A stretch of 64,000 nt of DNA from NCBI GenBank assembly GCA_011109175.1, contig RDEW01000018.1, forward strand, positions 741,304 through 805,303, read 5' to 3'. The translations under genes and the position numbers were made by a program. This DNA is from Dicyema japonicum (Eukaryota > Animalia > Dicyemida). Positions 22,913 to 37,034 of this stretch are shown here, piece after piece. The notes below the pieces were generated by a model. The model ran no database searches. It had not been told where the DNA came from and saw nothing but the letters and a program-made list of their open reading frames with translations. Position 1 is the stretch's first letter; every line of letters starts with the position of its first letter.

Positions 22913-25900
22913 TTACTGTTTATCCTCAGTAGACTGTGTCTGTTCAATATTCTGTTCAACATCCATAGATTCAATAACGTCAGTAACACCACTCTCATCT
23001 ACAATACAATCATACAACAACATGAAAGACTAAAGTTGACAATTCCAATAGAAGAGTCCACTCCCTTTACCATAAATATATTCCCACCATGGGATATCTA
23101 CAATACAACAACAAATCAACCTCCTTCACCATCACAAATTTATCAGCATTCACGTTTATATACTCACTCTATCAATTACTTTACTCACAATAACCTGTTG
23201 GGGCACTACTCTTGCAGGGTTGTACAGATCCTCTCCCTTTTCATCAATTCCTCCACTTTCTCTTCCACTGCTTGCACAAAGCCTACATTATTTAGGTCAA
23301 ATAACTTCGTTTTTCAGATCTTTGCTTGCTATCATGTCCAGTTGTAGACTACAATAATGATAAGTCTCACCGAATCTATTTTACGGCGTTTCAGACGTGA
23401 ATGTATTCCACCCTGGACATTCTTTGTTGAACGACTCTTTTGACGAGTCTTCTTTTCTATTACCAGGGGGATATACTGAAACTCTGAGGAGGGTTTTTCA
23501 CATGATAAAGTAATTTCAGGCAACTAAAATATAAAAATGTTGTACATTGAATTGTTCATTAACCAAAATAACAGCAGTGGGTGAGAATGCCATTGAAAAA
23601 GTGAGGGATAGGGGGAACCAATACCAAAATTGTTGAAACAGAAACATCCCGACAATTGCCTTAGTGTTTTCATGTCCGTCATCATTCTCAAGTTTAATAG
23701 TGACATTCCCACTTCCTGTGATATTACATAAGCATAAACCAGCATAAGCAATCCCCAACCCAATAAGTGCTCCAAACTTTGAGACTACACTTTCATGTTT
23801 ACTGTTTATAGAGGACGTGAGTGCCTTTGTGAATAATTGCTGGAATAATGAATATGAAAACAAATTCAGTATTGGCGCCAGTGCTTTGTATGAGGACAAA
23901 GGCAGTGGCAATGAAAGCCCCTTGTCTGACAAAAGATGAGTGATCATTCCATAGTGTCTTTAACGCACAAAAGGCATTTCTATCCCCAGAACCAGCAAAG
24001 GCAATGCCCAAAGCCATAGCTGAGCCATATCTGACATGTGGGTTGTAACTGTCCATTAGGGCACAAACCGTCTTGAGACACAAGGATGGATATCTAATAA
24101 ACATAATAAAACAACCTGTATAATACAAATCCAATGGCAATGGCAGCTGATCGTCTAACATCATCATTAGCATCAGTGACAGTGTAATGAAGTAATTTAC
24201 TCACAGCCCAATCATTACCAGTCCCACAGTACGACAATCCAATGCAATACATCCCACACCATCTCATTATTGGGTTCTGTTGTCTCACAAATTTTCGAAT
24301 ATCATCAATAGACAATGACTTGCTACCATACATTAATAATGGTAAGGCAATGGCAATCCCCCTCAATGTCTTTTCATACTCATTAGATTCAGAGATCTCC
24401 AAATATTACATTATAATACTGATTTTAATGTTTTCATTATATGATAATCACTTGTCCCAATATGTACCATCCCCAATGCTATGGCTGCTGCCTCTCCAAC
24501 AATATCATCATGGTGGATTGGATTAAGCAGTGAATCGGTCAGTCCTAACAGTACTAATAACTACAATACCATTATTTCTACTACCAAAGGCAGCCATTCC
24601 AATTCCCAAGGCAGCACCATGTCGTACAATCTACAATAACACAAACACTCACATTTGACTGGTCTTGAGTAAAGTGCTTACTTAAATATTCCACCACATC
24701 TCCACCTCTCCCAGTATTAATAATACCAAGAGCAAATAATCCCCCAGAAACTGCATAACGAGAATTATGCACTGTATCCTTTGGCAGGTAGTTATCAAGC
24801 ACTGTCATTGCATTCGATTCATTCCCCTACTATAAACTAAGGGTACCAACCTTGTGAATAACTCCAAGTGAGCCAGTAGCAATGAAACGTCCCCAATTGT
24901 TAAACTTTGACATAAAGTCTTTCATATGGCTACAATAACACAATTAATGTTTACCGAAAGAGGTAGTCACACGTGCAACCATAATTCATAAAACTATTGG
25001 CAACAACTATGGCTACATTGGAGACCTGTTCATTATATCGTCCCTTTGGTAACACAAACGACTGCACCTGTGTAAATTGTAATATGGTTTGCGACAAATC
25101 ACGACTGTTGGCGATTAGGAATTGTAAATATAATTTATTAGGGCAAGATCCATCCAATATTCCACACAAATCCTGAACTCTTTTTCTCACAACAGAATCC
25201 TCATCTGTGTTCCTGCAATATCAATGTAACAGTACTCTTTATTTTGTTGTATGAGTTGTATTATTTTATTACAAGACAACTGCATTCCGTCTTGAATGTC
25301 AAATGCCAGCTGATATGCCATATGATAGTCCTATTTTATACATTTAATAGTACATCTGATGAACATAAACTCAGTAAAACATTTACTATTTTCGCACAGT
25401 CGTTCAAATTTATTAAAATCTAAATTAATAAATAAAATAATGTAAAATAAAAACGATTAAATTAATATAAATTTACTTCATACTTTTAACAAAAAATAAT
25501 AATTTTTGGTGGTAAAATCGCTCATTTTTTCAATGATCTTGTAGGCCACTTCGTCAAAGAATTCATTTCCAGGCTCATAAAAGCACAACAATCGTCTATA
25601 AACAGATTCCAGTTGGGTAAACTACAATAACCACGACCAATTACATCTTCCCCATACATTGAGATCACTGTGGTGGCCATGTCAACGTCCATACACTCAC
25701 ATGCCACTCCCAATGCCTTAAGTAAGTCGTCACATCAACCTGATCAAATCTATCATCTTTAAGACAGCGTATGAATGTTCTAAAGACAATATCCTTAAGA
25801 TCGTATGATTGCAAGGACATTCTCTTTCTAAAGCCAAACTCTGAATCGTCGGTAGATTTGTCCTCTTTCAAAAACAAAAGATTGTAAATCTCAATGCACT

Positions 25901-26344
25901 GTCCTGACACTGTGTCCGAATAAAGGGACTTTTCGTTCACATCAAAGAGTTCCTTAGCTAGGTAGGCGTAATAGACAGAGTCCTCTATTGATTGTAGATG
26001 ATAGTATATCTTGTGTAAGAAATAAAATAACCTTTGAGCAGACAAGGGCAGAGAGTTTGTTGTGTGGGAAATCTGTAGAGTCGGCCAGTCTTTCACTGAA
26101 ATATTTATAAGTCAAACAGTTCTGGAAGTGCCCCTGTCATTTCAAACCAATTAGTCTCTGTTAGGAAGTTTAGTTTTTCAATGGCGACCATCTGTTTGTA
26201 TTAGTAAGTGACTAACCTTAATTTCGTTGTCATCTTCTTGTAGTAATGACAGGATAACTTCTATTAATGTAACATTTAGTTATATTGTTGTTATTATAAG
26301 TCCTAACCTGTTGATGAAAGGCATATCACATAACACTTTGACAC
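22913..26344 (-). CDS. PSMD1: 26S proteasome regulatory subunit Rpn2, many tiny introns; start codon uncertain
   Basis: NWGRFIATGSLGVIH, GGLFALG, ANDDVRRSAAIAIGF, SYNPHVRYGSAMALGIA, FVRQGAFIA and QFWYWFPL motifs typical of Rpn2 PC repeats. Confidence 0.93.
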
Positions 26345-26817
26345 CTTTTAATAATTTAAAATATATTTTACTATTAATTTTAATTGTTTTTCATTATTAA
26401 TAATTTTCTATTCACCACTGGGATCCACTTTCACCTTCACCTCTTTTAGGTACGCCACCCTAACTTTACCTTTCCGTTGTTTAATGCTCGAAACGAGTCC
26501 ACTGAAGTTGAAATTGAAAACGGGGTAGAGTAAGCAGACTGAGAGTACGATAAAAACAAGGACATTATTAGATGGGTGTCATCCGCTCAAACAAAAAAAT
26601 AACCGAGAATGCTTTTAACTAAATTCTGAGATCAGGTAGCATCATGCTCAATGTTGTTGCTTGCATCGTTTAGATGTGAATTCGATTAATACACTGCCAA
26701 ATACTTGGTCGACGGATTCCTATCTCCCTTATTCAATTCCTAAGAGGCGTCATATGATCCACCTTACACCCAGTATTATATAAATTAAAGTGATATTTTT
26801 AAGTATAAATAAGTAAT

Positions 26818-27497
26818 CTAGTTATCTTTGACTTCAAACTCATCCCCATGTCCGGGTACAATAATATCCGCCATGTTTAATATTTTTTGTCTGTTTGATT
26901 TTTGTTGGTCAACATTAAAACTATTACTCTTCCATAATGCCTCATTTTCTCTGTCCTCTCTACATTCAAATATATCTCCTAACATAATAGAGAGAGAAAA
27001 CCACTAAACACAACAGTCCCCTTAACAGTGTCCCTCAATACAACAGAAATATCATTAGAGACGTGTCCAGGAGTGGAAATGACTCTGACATATTTGCCAA
27101 TGTTATATTCCTATCATAATTAATATTATAACATTTTTTAATGTTGTATCATATATATTATTACTACAGACATCACTTGACACAATTATCGTTGAATTTA
27201 CGAACAGTCCCAAGTTGCCCACGTGGTCCAGATGACCATGAGTGCAAATACAATAGTCAATATCAGAAGGTTTTAGATTGTGCTTTTCAAGTTCTTAATA
27301 GTAGCTATTACATACCACTGAGAATGTGATCGCAGTCCCAGGGAGAACCAGTGTCCACTATAAATGTGTAGTCTGCCTGAATCAATGAAACTGTAGCTTT
27401 ACATTTATATAAGTTTTCTTTATTTTATAAAATAAATACCCTTTATTAATTTGAGAGGCGTACCAATCTGTAACAGTGAATATTTTACGACGCACAT
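26818..27497 (-). CDS. MBLAC1: Metallo-beta-lactamase domain-containing protein 1
   Basis: Spliced: IVDTGSPWD, ICTHGHLDHVGNLGLF, TPGH, GDIFE, ADIIVPGHG; tiny introns; stop at 26818-26820. Confidence 0.88.
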
Positions 27498-27573
27498 TAA
27501 ATAAATGAAATGAAAAAACACACCTTAATAATATTAATTTAATTATTTATTTTTTATGTAAATTAAAATAATC

Positions 27574-27813
27574 TCAACAAGGAAAAAGCCCTAATGTGGA
27601 AGAAGAGGTATCCTGGAAAAAGTCCTCTCGATGGTCGTAGACAAATGGTTCTTTTTCGATAAATTTTAAGATTGTATATGCCGCCTCCAAAAATGTTGAA
27701 CCACATACGCACTTTTTACACATTTTACAAGATCGCCTTTTAAGAAAATGTTCCGGAACGCTGTCTGAAGGCCGGGAAAAAGTGCGAAGATTGTTGAGGG
27801 AAGCTGGGATCAT
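27574..27813 (-). CDS. Possible terminal exon of an unknown gene (Cys cluster)
   Basis: 79-aa ORF with CKMCKKCVCG, preceded by an AG acceptor-like site; no family recognised. Confidence 0.25.
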   Translation of the reverse strand: MIPASLNNLRTFSRPSDSVPEHFLKRRSCKMCKKCVCGSTFLEAAYTILKFIEKEPFVYDHREDFFQDTSSSTLGLFPC

Positions 27814-28551
27814 CTATAATAATTTTGTATTTTATTTTGAGGTTATCACTAAACAAGTTTTGTTTAGATTGACTAAACCGATATTCAGTGACAGAAATAT
27901 ATGAATACACTTATAGAGTTTTATTACCAAAAAAATATTATCAATATCGTGTCATCCATTGTCAGAATAACTCGTTGATTATTGATAAATGAAGATATGC
28001 TAAGGGAATTTGGGAGAGATCTCTATAATTCTTTATTGTTGATATGGAGGGGGTATGGTATGTTCAAGTATTGAAAGTATTATTTACTTGCTTTCAACAT
28101 CTTCACAACCATTGTGTAAAATTCAGAGGATACTTTACAAACTTAATATTTTTTGACAAGAGGAGTAAAATTTATTGAAATCGGAATAAACTCAAATCTA
28201 ACCAGAAGGGAAAGTTGGTTGAAGCTGTTAATTTTTATTGCAAATATTTTATTAAAGTAAAAAAATAATATTTTTGATTAAAATGCTTATAAACATTCCA
28301 TCACAATGATTTATCGGCTATATTGTAAAATATTGGCAGAAGAATTCTAAAAATGCGGAAGACGTACCTGACAGATTCAATAATTGTATTTCAGTAACGA
28401 TTTACTGGAATCAAGAAATATCTGTAAACTAAATTTTCTGTCAACCAAGTTTTTCTATTACAAAAAATTTAAAAACGATTCCAAGGATTAAGGGTATCTA
28501 AATGTACTTCACATTTTAGTAAAGATAAATTTTATAATCTAATTATCTAAA

Positions 28552-28920
28552 AACCACTGGTTTGGGATGTGACATGTACAGACACGTTCGCCCAGAAAAA
28601 TCTTCACGAGAGTGCTACAAGGGCCTGTTCAGCATCCGTAAAGGCGGAGAAGGCCAAACTCGTTAAATACGCCGACCTTCCCGATGATGTCAAATTTGTT
28701 CCCCTTGCTATGGAGACTTCCGGATCCTACTCCCCCTCTACACTCGAGTTTTTCGGACGTCTTGGAAACCGGATCACCTCATGCACTGGAGATCTCCGCG
28801 AACGCCGCTGGCTATTTGAGCGAATTTCGCTCGCAATTTTGAGAGGGAACAGCCACGCGGTGAGAGCGGCAACTACCTGACTTCTATTGTTTAAATTATC
28901 TAAAATGCAAATTTGAAACA
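28552..28920 (+). mobile_element. CRE-like non-LTR retrotransposon 3' end (restriction-like endonuclease)
   Basis: LVWDVTCTDT...KLVKY...FVPLAMETSG...RISLAILRGN. Confidence 0.8.
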
Positions 28921-29385
28921 TGAAAAAGTTTGAACATATTGTTTTTTATTATAATAAAGATTTTGATGTAATTTTATATTAAAATTTTTTCTTGTAAATA
29001 AATTTTTAAAATTGTCTAATTGTCTTTTCATAGCTGCTGTAGATCGGTTCTCAAATGATCAGTGAAGGTGAGTCCTTGGTCGAACGTGACTCAGAGGATT
29101 ATTGGTGTGGTGGTGACTGGGATAGTGACATCAATGAGAGAATGTATTATCTTTTGCATGGTGATATTGAGAAAGTCACCAAGTTTTCCAAGACATGCAA
29201 CTAGGATGTTCAACAATGCTTGTACTAATTACTGTCGGCTTGATAATCTATTTAAACGTTTATAAAGGTTAAACAATGTGAGATCAAATGGAGGAACCTA
29301 ATTGAAATAAATCTAGTTTTCGAGTGTTGCAGATAACTAGTCCACACCTTACACGTTAATGTTAGGGTAAATCCGTTTTCAAATA

Positions 29386-30972
29386 TACTCGACCCTCGCA
29401 AATTGGCCAATTTTTAAATTGACCACATTATGATAAATTTTCTTATAGAAATCCTATTCTCCTTATTAATTGGGCAATTTTTAAATTGACCACAATTTTT
29501 ACAATTTTTAAATTTTAAAAAATAAAACTTTAATTAGCAGATGTCTTCCAATTCCTCTCGTGGACGCTATACTCGGCTTACTTTTAATGAAAAAACTCAA
29601 TTGTTAATTATAAAGAAGAAGATGATATTTCGTGCCAGCGATTAGCTGATAGATTCTCAAGCATGTTCCGATAGACAATATCTAGAAAAACAATAAATAA
29701 TCTTTTACTGAAGAAGGACACTATTTTGAAGATTCAAAGAATTATCAACCGAATGAGTTACAATTCAGTGATTTCAAAAATTCTAATGGATTTTTGGATA
29801 AATTCAAAAAGAGACACGGATTCAGAATGCGCAATTTACACGGGGAAATGCAAACTGATGAATCTGTCGACGTTGATTCCTTTTTGAAGAATTAAAAGAA
29901 ATTTCAAAAGCATATAAACCCGACCAAATCTATCATCTGGATGAAACTGGGTTTTACTATAAGCTCATTCCATCGAAAAGCATCTGCAGAAACCGATTTC
30001 AAGGTTACAAAAATTTTAAAGACCGTGTCTCAATTATGCTATGTTCAGCATGAGCGGAACGCAAAAGTTGAAACCAGTGATGATTTCAAGACCAAAAATG
30101 CCTCGATGTTTTCGAAATTATGACCGTCTCCTACTATAGTTCACAATGACTTGGATGACCATATTTATGGATCGGTTTATTAATTTTGATATCCAGCTCA
30201 AAAATAAAAAACGAATTTTACTATTGATTGACATTGTATCCCGCATAATTTGGGATTTATAAAAATATTGTTTCTCGTAAAAAATAGTACGGGGTTGCTT
30301 CAACCCATGGATATTGACATCATAAAATCTTTCAAGAGTAATTTTACCAGACGCAATTTAATCTATTTGACGGAATTATTGGAAACTCAAAATATTTCGG
30401 TCTATAATTCTTACAAGAAATTGAATTTAAGGGATACGGTCTTTTTTACCAAAAATAGCTAGGGAAGACGTATCCGAAGAGGCGATCAGGAATTGTTTCA
30501 AAGTTTTAATAACTCCAATAACGAAATTCTTGAAATTGATATTAATGATACAATAATCAGAAGAACAGACATTTTCGATCCTCTCAAATTTGACGATTTT
30601 TTAAATATTGAATACACGGAAAATAAAACATTTATTGAAAATCAAAATTCTTTAGAAGATTTAGAAAATTGTGAACAAAAATCTGAAAAAACAAGGCATA
30701 CAGACAAAATGGATATTGCAGTTAGATTAACTGCAATAGAGAGGGAAATGAAGTTTCTCTAATTTCTTCAATGAAAAGTACAAAGCAAGTATTATTGAAG
30801 GAAATAAAAAACATTTAGGAATTACATTTTATTTAATAAAACTTAAATACATTTTTTTGTTCATTAAAGGCAAGTATTTTCTCATTGTTCTTCAAAATTA
30901 TTGATTTTATTTTTTCAAATTGGCTACAAAATTCTAAGGAACCAAAAATGGCCAATTTACGAGGGTCGAGTA
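29386..30972 (+). mobile_element. Tigger/pogo transposon with both TIRs and decayed transposase
   Basis: TIRs TACTCGACCCTCG.AAATTGGCCA / TGGCCAATTTACGAGGGTCGAGTA flanked by TA; DETG and QPMDIDIIKSFK remnants. Confidence 0.88.
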
Positions 30973-31730
30973 TATTGTGTTAAAAGTTTTCAAGGTTCAA
31001 AGTTAAATTCTTTTGCAATATCTAGTGATACGAGGATTCAAATGTGGTTTAGTTAAAGCCATTAGCAATCAATTGGGATAAGGTGGTTATTTTTTTGGAC
31101 GTAGAGAGAGTACAAAATTCATAATGGAATGAAGACTTTGGAATAAAGTATTGAATGTATTCACGAATTAGTCTTTGGAGAATCCTCGATAGAGAACATA
31201 GGATAGATATTTAAAGGATGGATTGTCAGGTTGGTTTGATTTTTGTACATTCATTCATAAAACCTCTGGAATAGTGTTCGAGCTGATTGAGATTTTATAA
31301 TGTTTGGTTATTAGTATTGTTGTATGAAAGTCCACGTGATTCATTTCTATGCTACTTACTAAACCCGGGGATCTAGGAGAAACAGAAGGCGGGCCTGGAC
31401 ACAAGAAAAGGTGATTGTGGTCATCAACTAGCGACTTTTCCTGCCCGATTTTGTATAGGTATGCTTGAGACCCAGGTGGTGGACGTAGCGGAGGTGTGCC
31501 AAGTTTACCCGAATTTTAAGAAGAAAGAGTATTCACTAACATCGATTCCCGGTGGAGAAAACTTGTTAATCGAAGGCTTACTTTAAAGAATTAACCAATT
31601 TGACGAATATAGAAACTTTACTAAACTTTTATTAACATAATTGTGAACATTTCTTAATAAAATATTAATTAATAATTTTAATACATTAAATATTACAATA
31701 AATATTATTTTGCAATAAATAAAATAATAA

Positions 31731-33330
31731 ATGAAAGAATGTTCTAGTGAAGAATCATCAGACACAAATAGTAATAACAATTAATAATATAGATATGGAA
31801 AGCTTTACTAAATTCTTATTTGGTAATGATAACTCTGATTTACTGGGTGATGAGGTATTTTATTATTTATTGCTGTTGGAAGAACCTATCGCTAAGAGAA
31901 CTAGATCCAAATACACTATCAGAGAGTCCATAGATGATCTCATAGACTCATTCGAAAACCCAGAACGGGAAATCCCTGAATTCAGAGTTTGGCATGACTT
32001 CCTTTCCTCAATCAACGACAATGCCAGTTTACTCTCTATCACTACTCAGCCACCATTTATGACTCACAAAACGACCCTTTTACTTTCAAAGGAGAGGATT
32101 TGTCCGCAGGAGATAAATTATACAAATTCCCCAGAGTTTCCCGTTAACTTATTCATTCTATTTTATAGCCAATGAGTTGTCCCGTCTCAACCAAACTGAA
32201 GAAGACGTCGTACAAGATATTCCGGCATCCGCACAACCAATTCTTTGTTCTGGACTTACCACAGAACAGGTGAAACTGTTGGGAATACAAATGAGTATAT
32301 TTATACTATCACGGCAGCCCAATTTGTGCAGTTGTGTCTCCAAATGTGCATGATTTCTGCAAACACACCAAACTCTAATTTTTTAGAAATAACCGAAAAG
32401 TGCCGCCAATTTATTGTTTTTTGTTGGTTAACCACTCAGGAAGAACTGGCAGAGTTCTGTAAGCCAGACTCACTCCTTGTTGTCCCCAATATGAATGAGG
32501 GATTGAGTATGATGGAGGAAACTAAAAAATACAAATTATGTCCTTCAAAATATGACGAATTGTTGGCGCATGAAATCGTAAAATTATGTAAAAACAAAAA
32601 AAGATTTTTCAAAAGTATTTAAATTTACTGATATTAATAAAACAATTTATAAAATAACTATAATTATTAACAGGCAGAAAGAATCGTTTAATGTTCAACC
32701 ATATGGACTTGTTGGCCTCAAAGAGGAACCTGTTCCCCTTCTATGAGCTGTTTTTCACCAACTACCCGGAAAAGAATAGGATTACTGCCCGTCGTAAAAT
32801 TCATTATTATGAAATAAAGTAATGGTATATCTAATATTAGTCTGCTGGCTATTGGTTTAAAGTACCACCAACAGGACTATGGGTGGAAGTATATTGAAAT
32901 AAATAAGAATTATTTGACATATTTTACCCCCTCACACATAAGAAAGTCCCTCCACAGACTGAGTAAGGCTCGGTCGTATAGTATTGAATATAATTCCTGA
33001 AAGTACTGTGTGATGTTAAGTGTAGTATTTGAAGAAGTACAATGTATTGCCTAATTTTACTAAAAGTTGTGATTTGCAGTCGATTGAGTATAATTATTGT
33101 AATTTGTGGAATTTATCATTGGAAGAAGTACCAAATTGGATGGAAGTAATAGTATTGGTTAATGTAGACTTATTTGTCGATTGTGTTGTTTATAACAGAT
33201 AATAGGATAATGACAGTGTATCCTCTGTATTTTGTAGAATATGAGATGGAATGTACATTAAAGGATAGTGATTTGTGTATATTAAGGAATAGTGTATGTG
33301 TTGGTGTAATATTTAGAGGACATTATTTAA
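31731..33330 (+). CDS. GON4L/YY1AP1-like protein, strongly shortened, multi-exon
   Basis: Spliced motifs IAKRTRSKY, QVKLLGIQM-QFVQLCLQ, EINLLAIGLKY and VPNWM resemble, in order, the GON4L blocks IAFRTRSK, QQMQQHVQLLTQ, EDNLLALGLK and LPFWL. 3' end approximate. Confidence 0.65.
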
Positions 33331-33459
33331 TTGTGATGATATTATTTCTGCTGTTCAACTTAATATTAAAAATGACACATCATCACGATATCATCGTTGT
33401 ATTTAATTGTCCTTAGTGTTCCTTTAACCTTACATTTTATAATCACTGAGAGATATAAC

Positions 33460-36000
33460 AACACTAGGAGATGCTTTCAACCAGTTTGAGGAAAATTTTT
33501 GAAGTGATTGCATTCTCTTGTAATGAAGGAAATTCTCTGGTTTCTCGTTCGCTACAGCCGTACTGATCGTGGTATCTACTAGAATCTCTGCATATTTGAA
33601 ATGTAACATTTGACCACTTCGTTATGCCACCCATCACCTGTGAACTGTTCACCATTCTTCCGCACATGGTGATTGGCAGTCTTCCTTGCTGAGTTATAGT
33701 GAATACATTTAGTTTCTCCGTTATCAAAAAACAAGTTGCGATCCTGAAGCAGATGCTGCCTTCCTTCGCTTGCGGGGGAGTTATTTTCATGCAATAACCA
33801 CTCAGCGAATTCAACAATATTTACTGTTCTTCAAACACTGATTTAGACCAGAGTCTGAGGGTTTCTTATCAATTTTCTGCAGTATGTGCCCCAATCCCTT
33901 TGCATCTATACTTTCGAGAAATGAATTCTATGATACTGTCCATGTGTGTTCTCTTGAATGTAGAATTTCATATCTTAGTAGTTAGCCTCATCTTCCAAAT
34001 CTCCATACAATTGAAGAAGCATTTTTCAGCTTTGTGACTGATAGATTCGAGGTCCTTCGAGATAAATTCTTTGTTTGTCGGTGCGAGTGAATTTGGTCGT
34101 CAATACTCAACATCAATCAAACCAATGTTGTTCATACTCGTTCATTTCTTGTTTACAAAGTTTCAATGTACTGAGTTTCAATCCGTCTTTGTAAAATTGT
34201 CTATTCGCGTAAATGCTTCCTTATAGATCCTCATAATTTATCCTTTCAGAACAATAGTTTTCTTATCTTCAAAAACTCCAATATCCATTCCATCGAGGAG
34301 ACGAGTTTTCTTAGACATGACTTCACATTTGTCAAAGTTTCTTTCCAACCCAATTACATCAAAAAACGAATCGACTTTTTCCACAACATTACCATTACAT
34401 CACTTTGATGAGAAAACAGCTTTACATCTTCCATATATAGGAGGTGATTAGTTGCATATGTGAGTTGCCCATGACCAGGATTTCTAGTCCCTTTGCAGAA
34501 TTCTTCTTATTTTCTTTATTCCTTCTCATTGAAATTTAAGCCTCCTTCTCCTGGCCTACATTAAGATTTTTTTATAGAATCGTTTTCTATTCTATTCAAA
34601 TCACCAATTTGATATTCTAAATCTCTTCCTTGATCCATAAACTCAGTTTCTTATTCACAATAATGATTTCATCACGCATAAAAAACAATACTTCGAACTC
34701 TTTCCTCTTCGACCTATTAAAACCATATGAACACAAAGTATTGTTCCATGGAATTTTACTTTTTTGGGTACGCAGTTTCCACATTGTTCCAATTTTTGAA
34801 CAAAACTCTAAGAATATCTCCTAAAATTGCAAATTTCTGCCATTTCCGATTTGAATATTTTCAAGTTAAGTTTTTATTTGAAACAGTCAAACGCTTAGTG
34901 AAAATTCAACGAACCGTCTTCAAATGTTGGGTTTAGTTGAGAATCCTTTGGGGGTAAACTCTGAAAGTGTGGTTAAATTGATGGAATTTGAGCGTTCTGT
35001 TTTAAACCCACATGAAAGACTATTTTTTTAATAATGAGGCTTGATTTTTCTTTGGTCTCCAAGGTTTCAGAATTAATCATAAATGAGAAGGTTTCCATAT
35101 AGACAGTATGATGTTTTCGTTAACTGATGTGTTAAACAGTCTTGTTATGATGGCAATGCTTATTGTTCTCAGATTTTTCAGTAAAATAATGGGAATCCCA
35201 TCTGCAGGAGAGAGTTGTTCTAGTCTGTTTTAGTACATTTTCCCATTCCTCCAAGACAATGCAGTTGATATAGGCCGCCAGTTTATCAAGAGAAGAAAAA
35301 CATATATAGGTTTTTAGCATGTTGTTAGTAGTTGATCAGTAGAGACTGACACATTTGGAGTTGTGGTACCAAGTGACTTTCCTCAGAACGAAAGTTTCTT
35401 TTTTGACTTAAGAAGATTATGATGGCTGATTGAGTCATAAATGACCGACCATGACTTTATTGCACTCAGGGAAGGAGAGAGAAGAGTCGGTGGTAAATAA
35501 CTCTGTAGGGTGTTCTATTTTTTAATGAGTCGGAGTGATCGTCAATGAGTCCGTCTGTGATAGCGATATCAGTATCTCCCTCTTATGTCAGAGGGTTGAC
35601 TTGATATCAAAAGTTAGTGCTTCGCATTCAAATCTCCACAGATGAGAACGTTTTTCAACAGAACAGATAGGTCAGGCATAACATATTTTTTCTGACACGA
35701 GTCAGATCGGTGAAGTATACGTTAACTAAGAAAATTTTTCCTTTTGAAATTGCAAATGATGTCCCAATAATTTCTATAACAACGTCATCTTCCAAGAGGT
35801 TCTTCACTTCTTAAAAGATGTCCAACCAGTTTATGTCTTTCCGATATATAGTTATGACCCCTGTTTATTCGTTCAATGTGACCGTATATAGTTGAAATCA
35901 TCCGTGAAGCTGCGGCCTTGCTTGAAGTGTGTTTCCAGAGTGCGAGAGACCTCCCAAGAAGAAAGAAGCTAAAAAGCCTAGAATATTATCAAAAATATAA
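33460..36000 (-). mobile_element. Highly degenerate APE/RT LINE
   Basis: APE-like remnants (ETHF...GVITIY...FLVNVY) near 35700-35940 and stop-riddled downstream frames; boundaries approximate. Confidence 0.5.
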
Positions 36001-37034
36001 TTTAATAGAGCATCTCTGATAAAGAAAGATGAGATATTCATTGTCATTTCGAATAAGGAAAACGGGGATTAACAGTAAAATGACAACCAAAAGCAGTTGT
36101 TCCAGTAATCAGTATAGGAATTCAATGTGGTTGGGAAGTTGAAGGGGGGCCGAGACAAAAAACAGCTTTGTTGTCGTCAATAATCCAAGAGGGATAGAGT
36201 TATGAATTGCATTTATGATTTTGTTTATATTGTCTTGTAAAACCTTATGGTGATTACAGCTGCTTCCATGTGGGTCACTGCCTACAATTGTAGTTATTGA
36301 CATTTTTCTTAAAAGGGGATTTTATTTATTTACTTCTGGTCCCTCCAAATGGAGGAACTGGTCGTTAAAGTACAACCGTAGGTGGCCATTTTAGAGATTG
36401 GTAGTTTAACCACCCTCCTGAATTTCCGTTTTATTTATTGTATTAGTGCTTCCAGTTTGTGTACTCAAAGTTATAGCCGATGACCCTTTTATAATCCTGA
36501 TTATAACTTTGTAGAGAAGAAAATAAAATTGTCAATGACCATGATGGATTTGAATAGGTTAGTATCGGCTATTGCTGGTGGATTGGTATTTGAAGTCGCT
36601 TCCAAGAGTATTTGAAAGATCTTAGAATCGTCATTCGTAGCTACTGTCACCTGGTGTTCCAAATATTTTACAAAAGGGTCCCTAATCTTTCATAATGTTA
36701 GTCAGATATCAAATAGAATAATAATGTTATTTGACGTTGTAGTCCCTTTTACAGTTAGTGAAAAAGTTCATTGGGGAAAAGCGTAGTTATTGAACGGTAG
36801 GATCAGATTACCTAGAATTTCTTGTATGATCTAAATAACTGCTTTATAATCTATCCCTGAGAGCGATGACAATAACAGAGTGCAGTTTTTGTTAGGCATA
36901 TATAGATTGAATAATTTTTTTAAATTTATTAGAAAAATGATAAAAGTTATCGTCTAATTAAATGATCCCGGTGTCCATACCAGTGCTTTACCTGCGGTTA
37001 GTTTTGGAGTCCAAGTTTCCTTATCTGACTCGAT

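Noticed and set aside
26480-26520. CGAAAC/CTGA words suggesting a hammerhead ribozyme
   Set aside because: Core elements are not in the required order with supporting stems.
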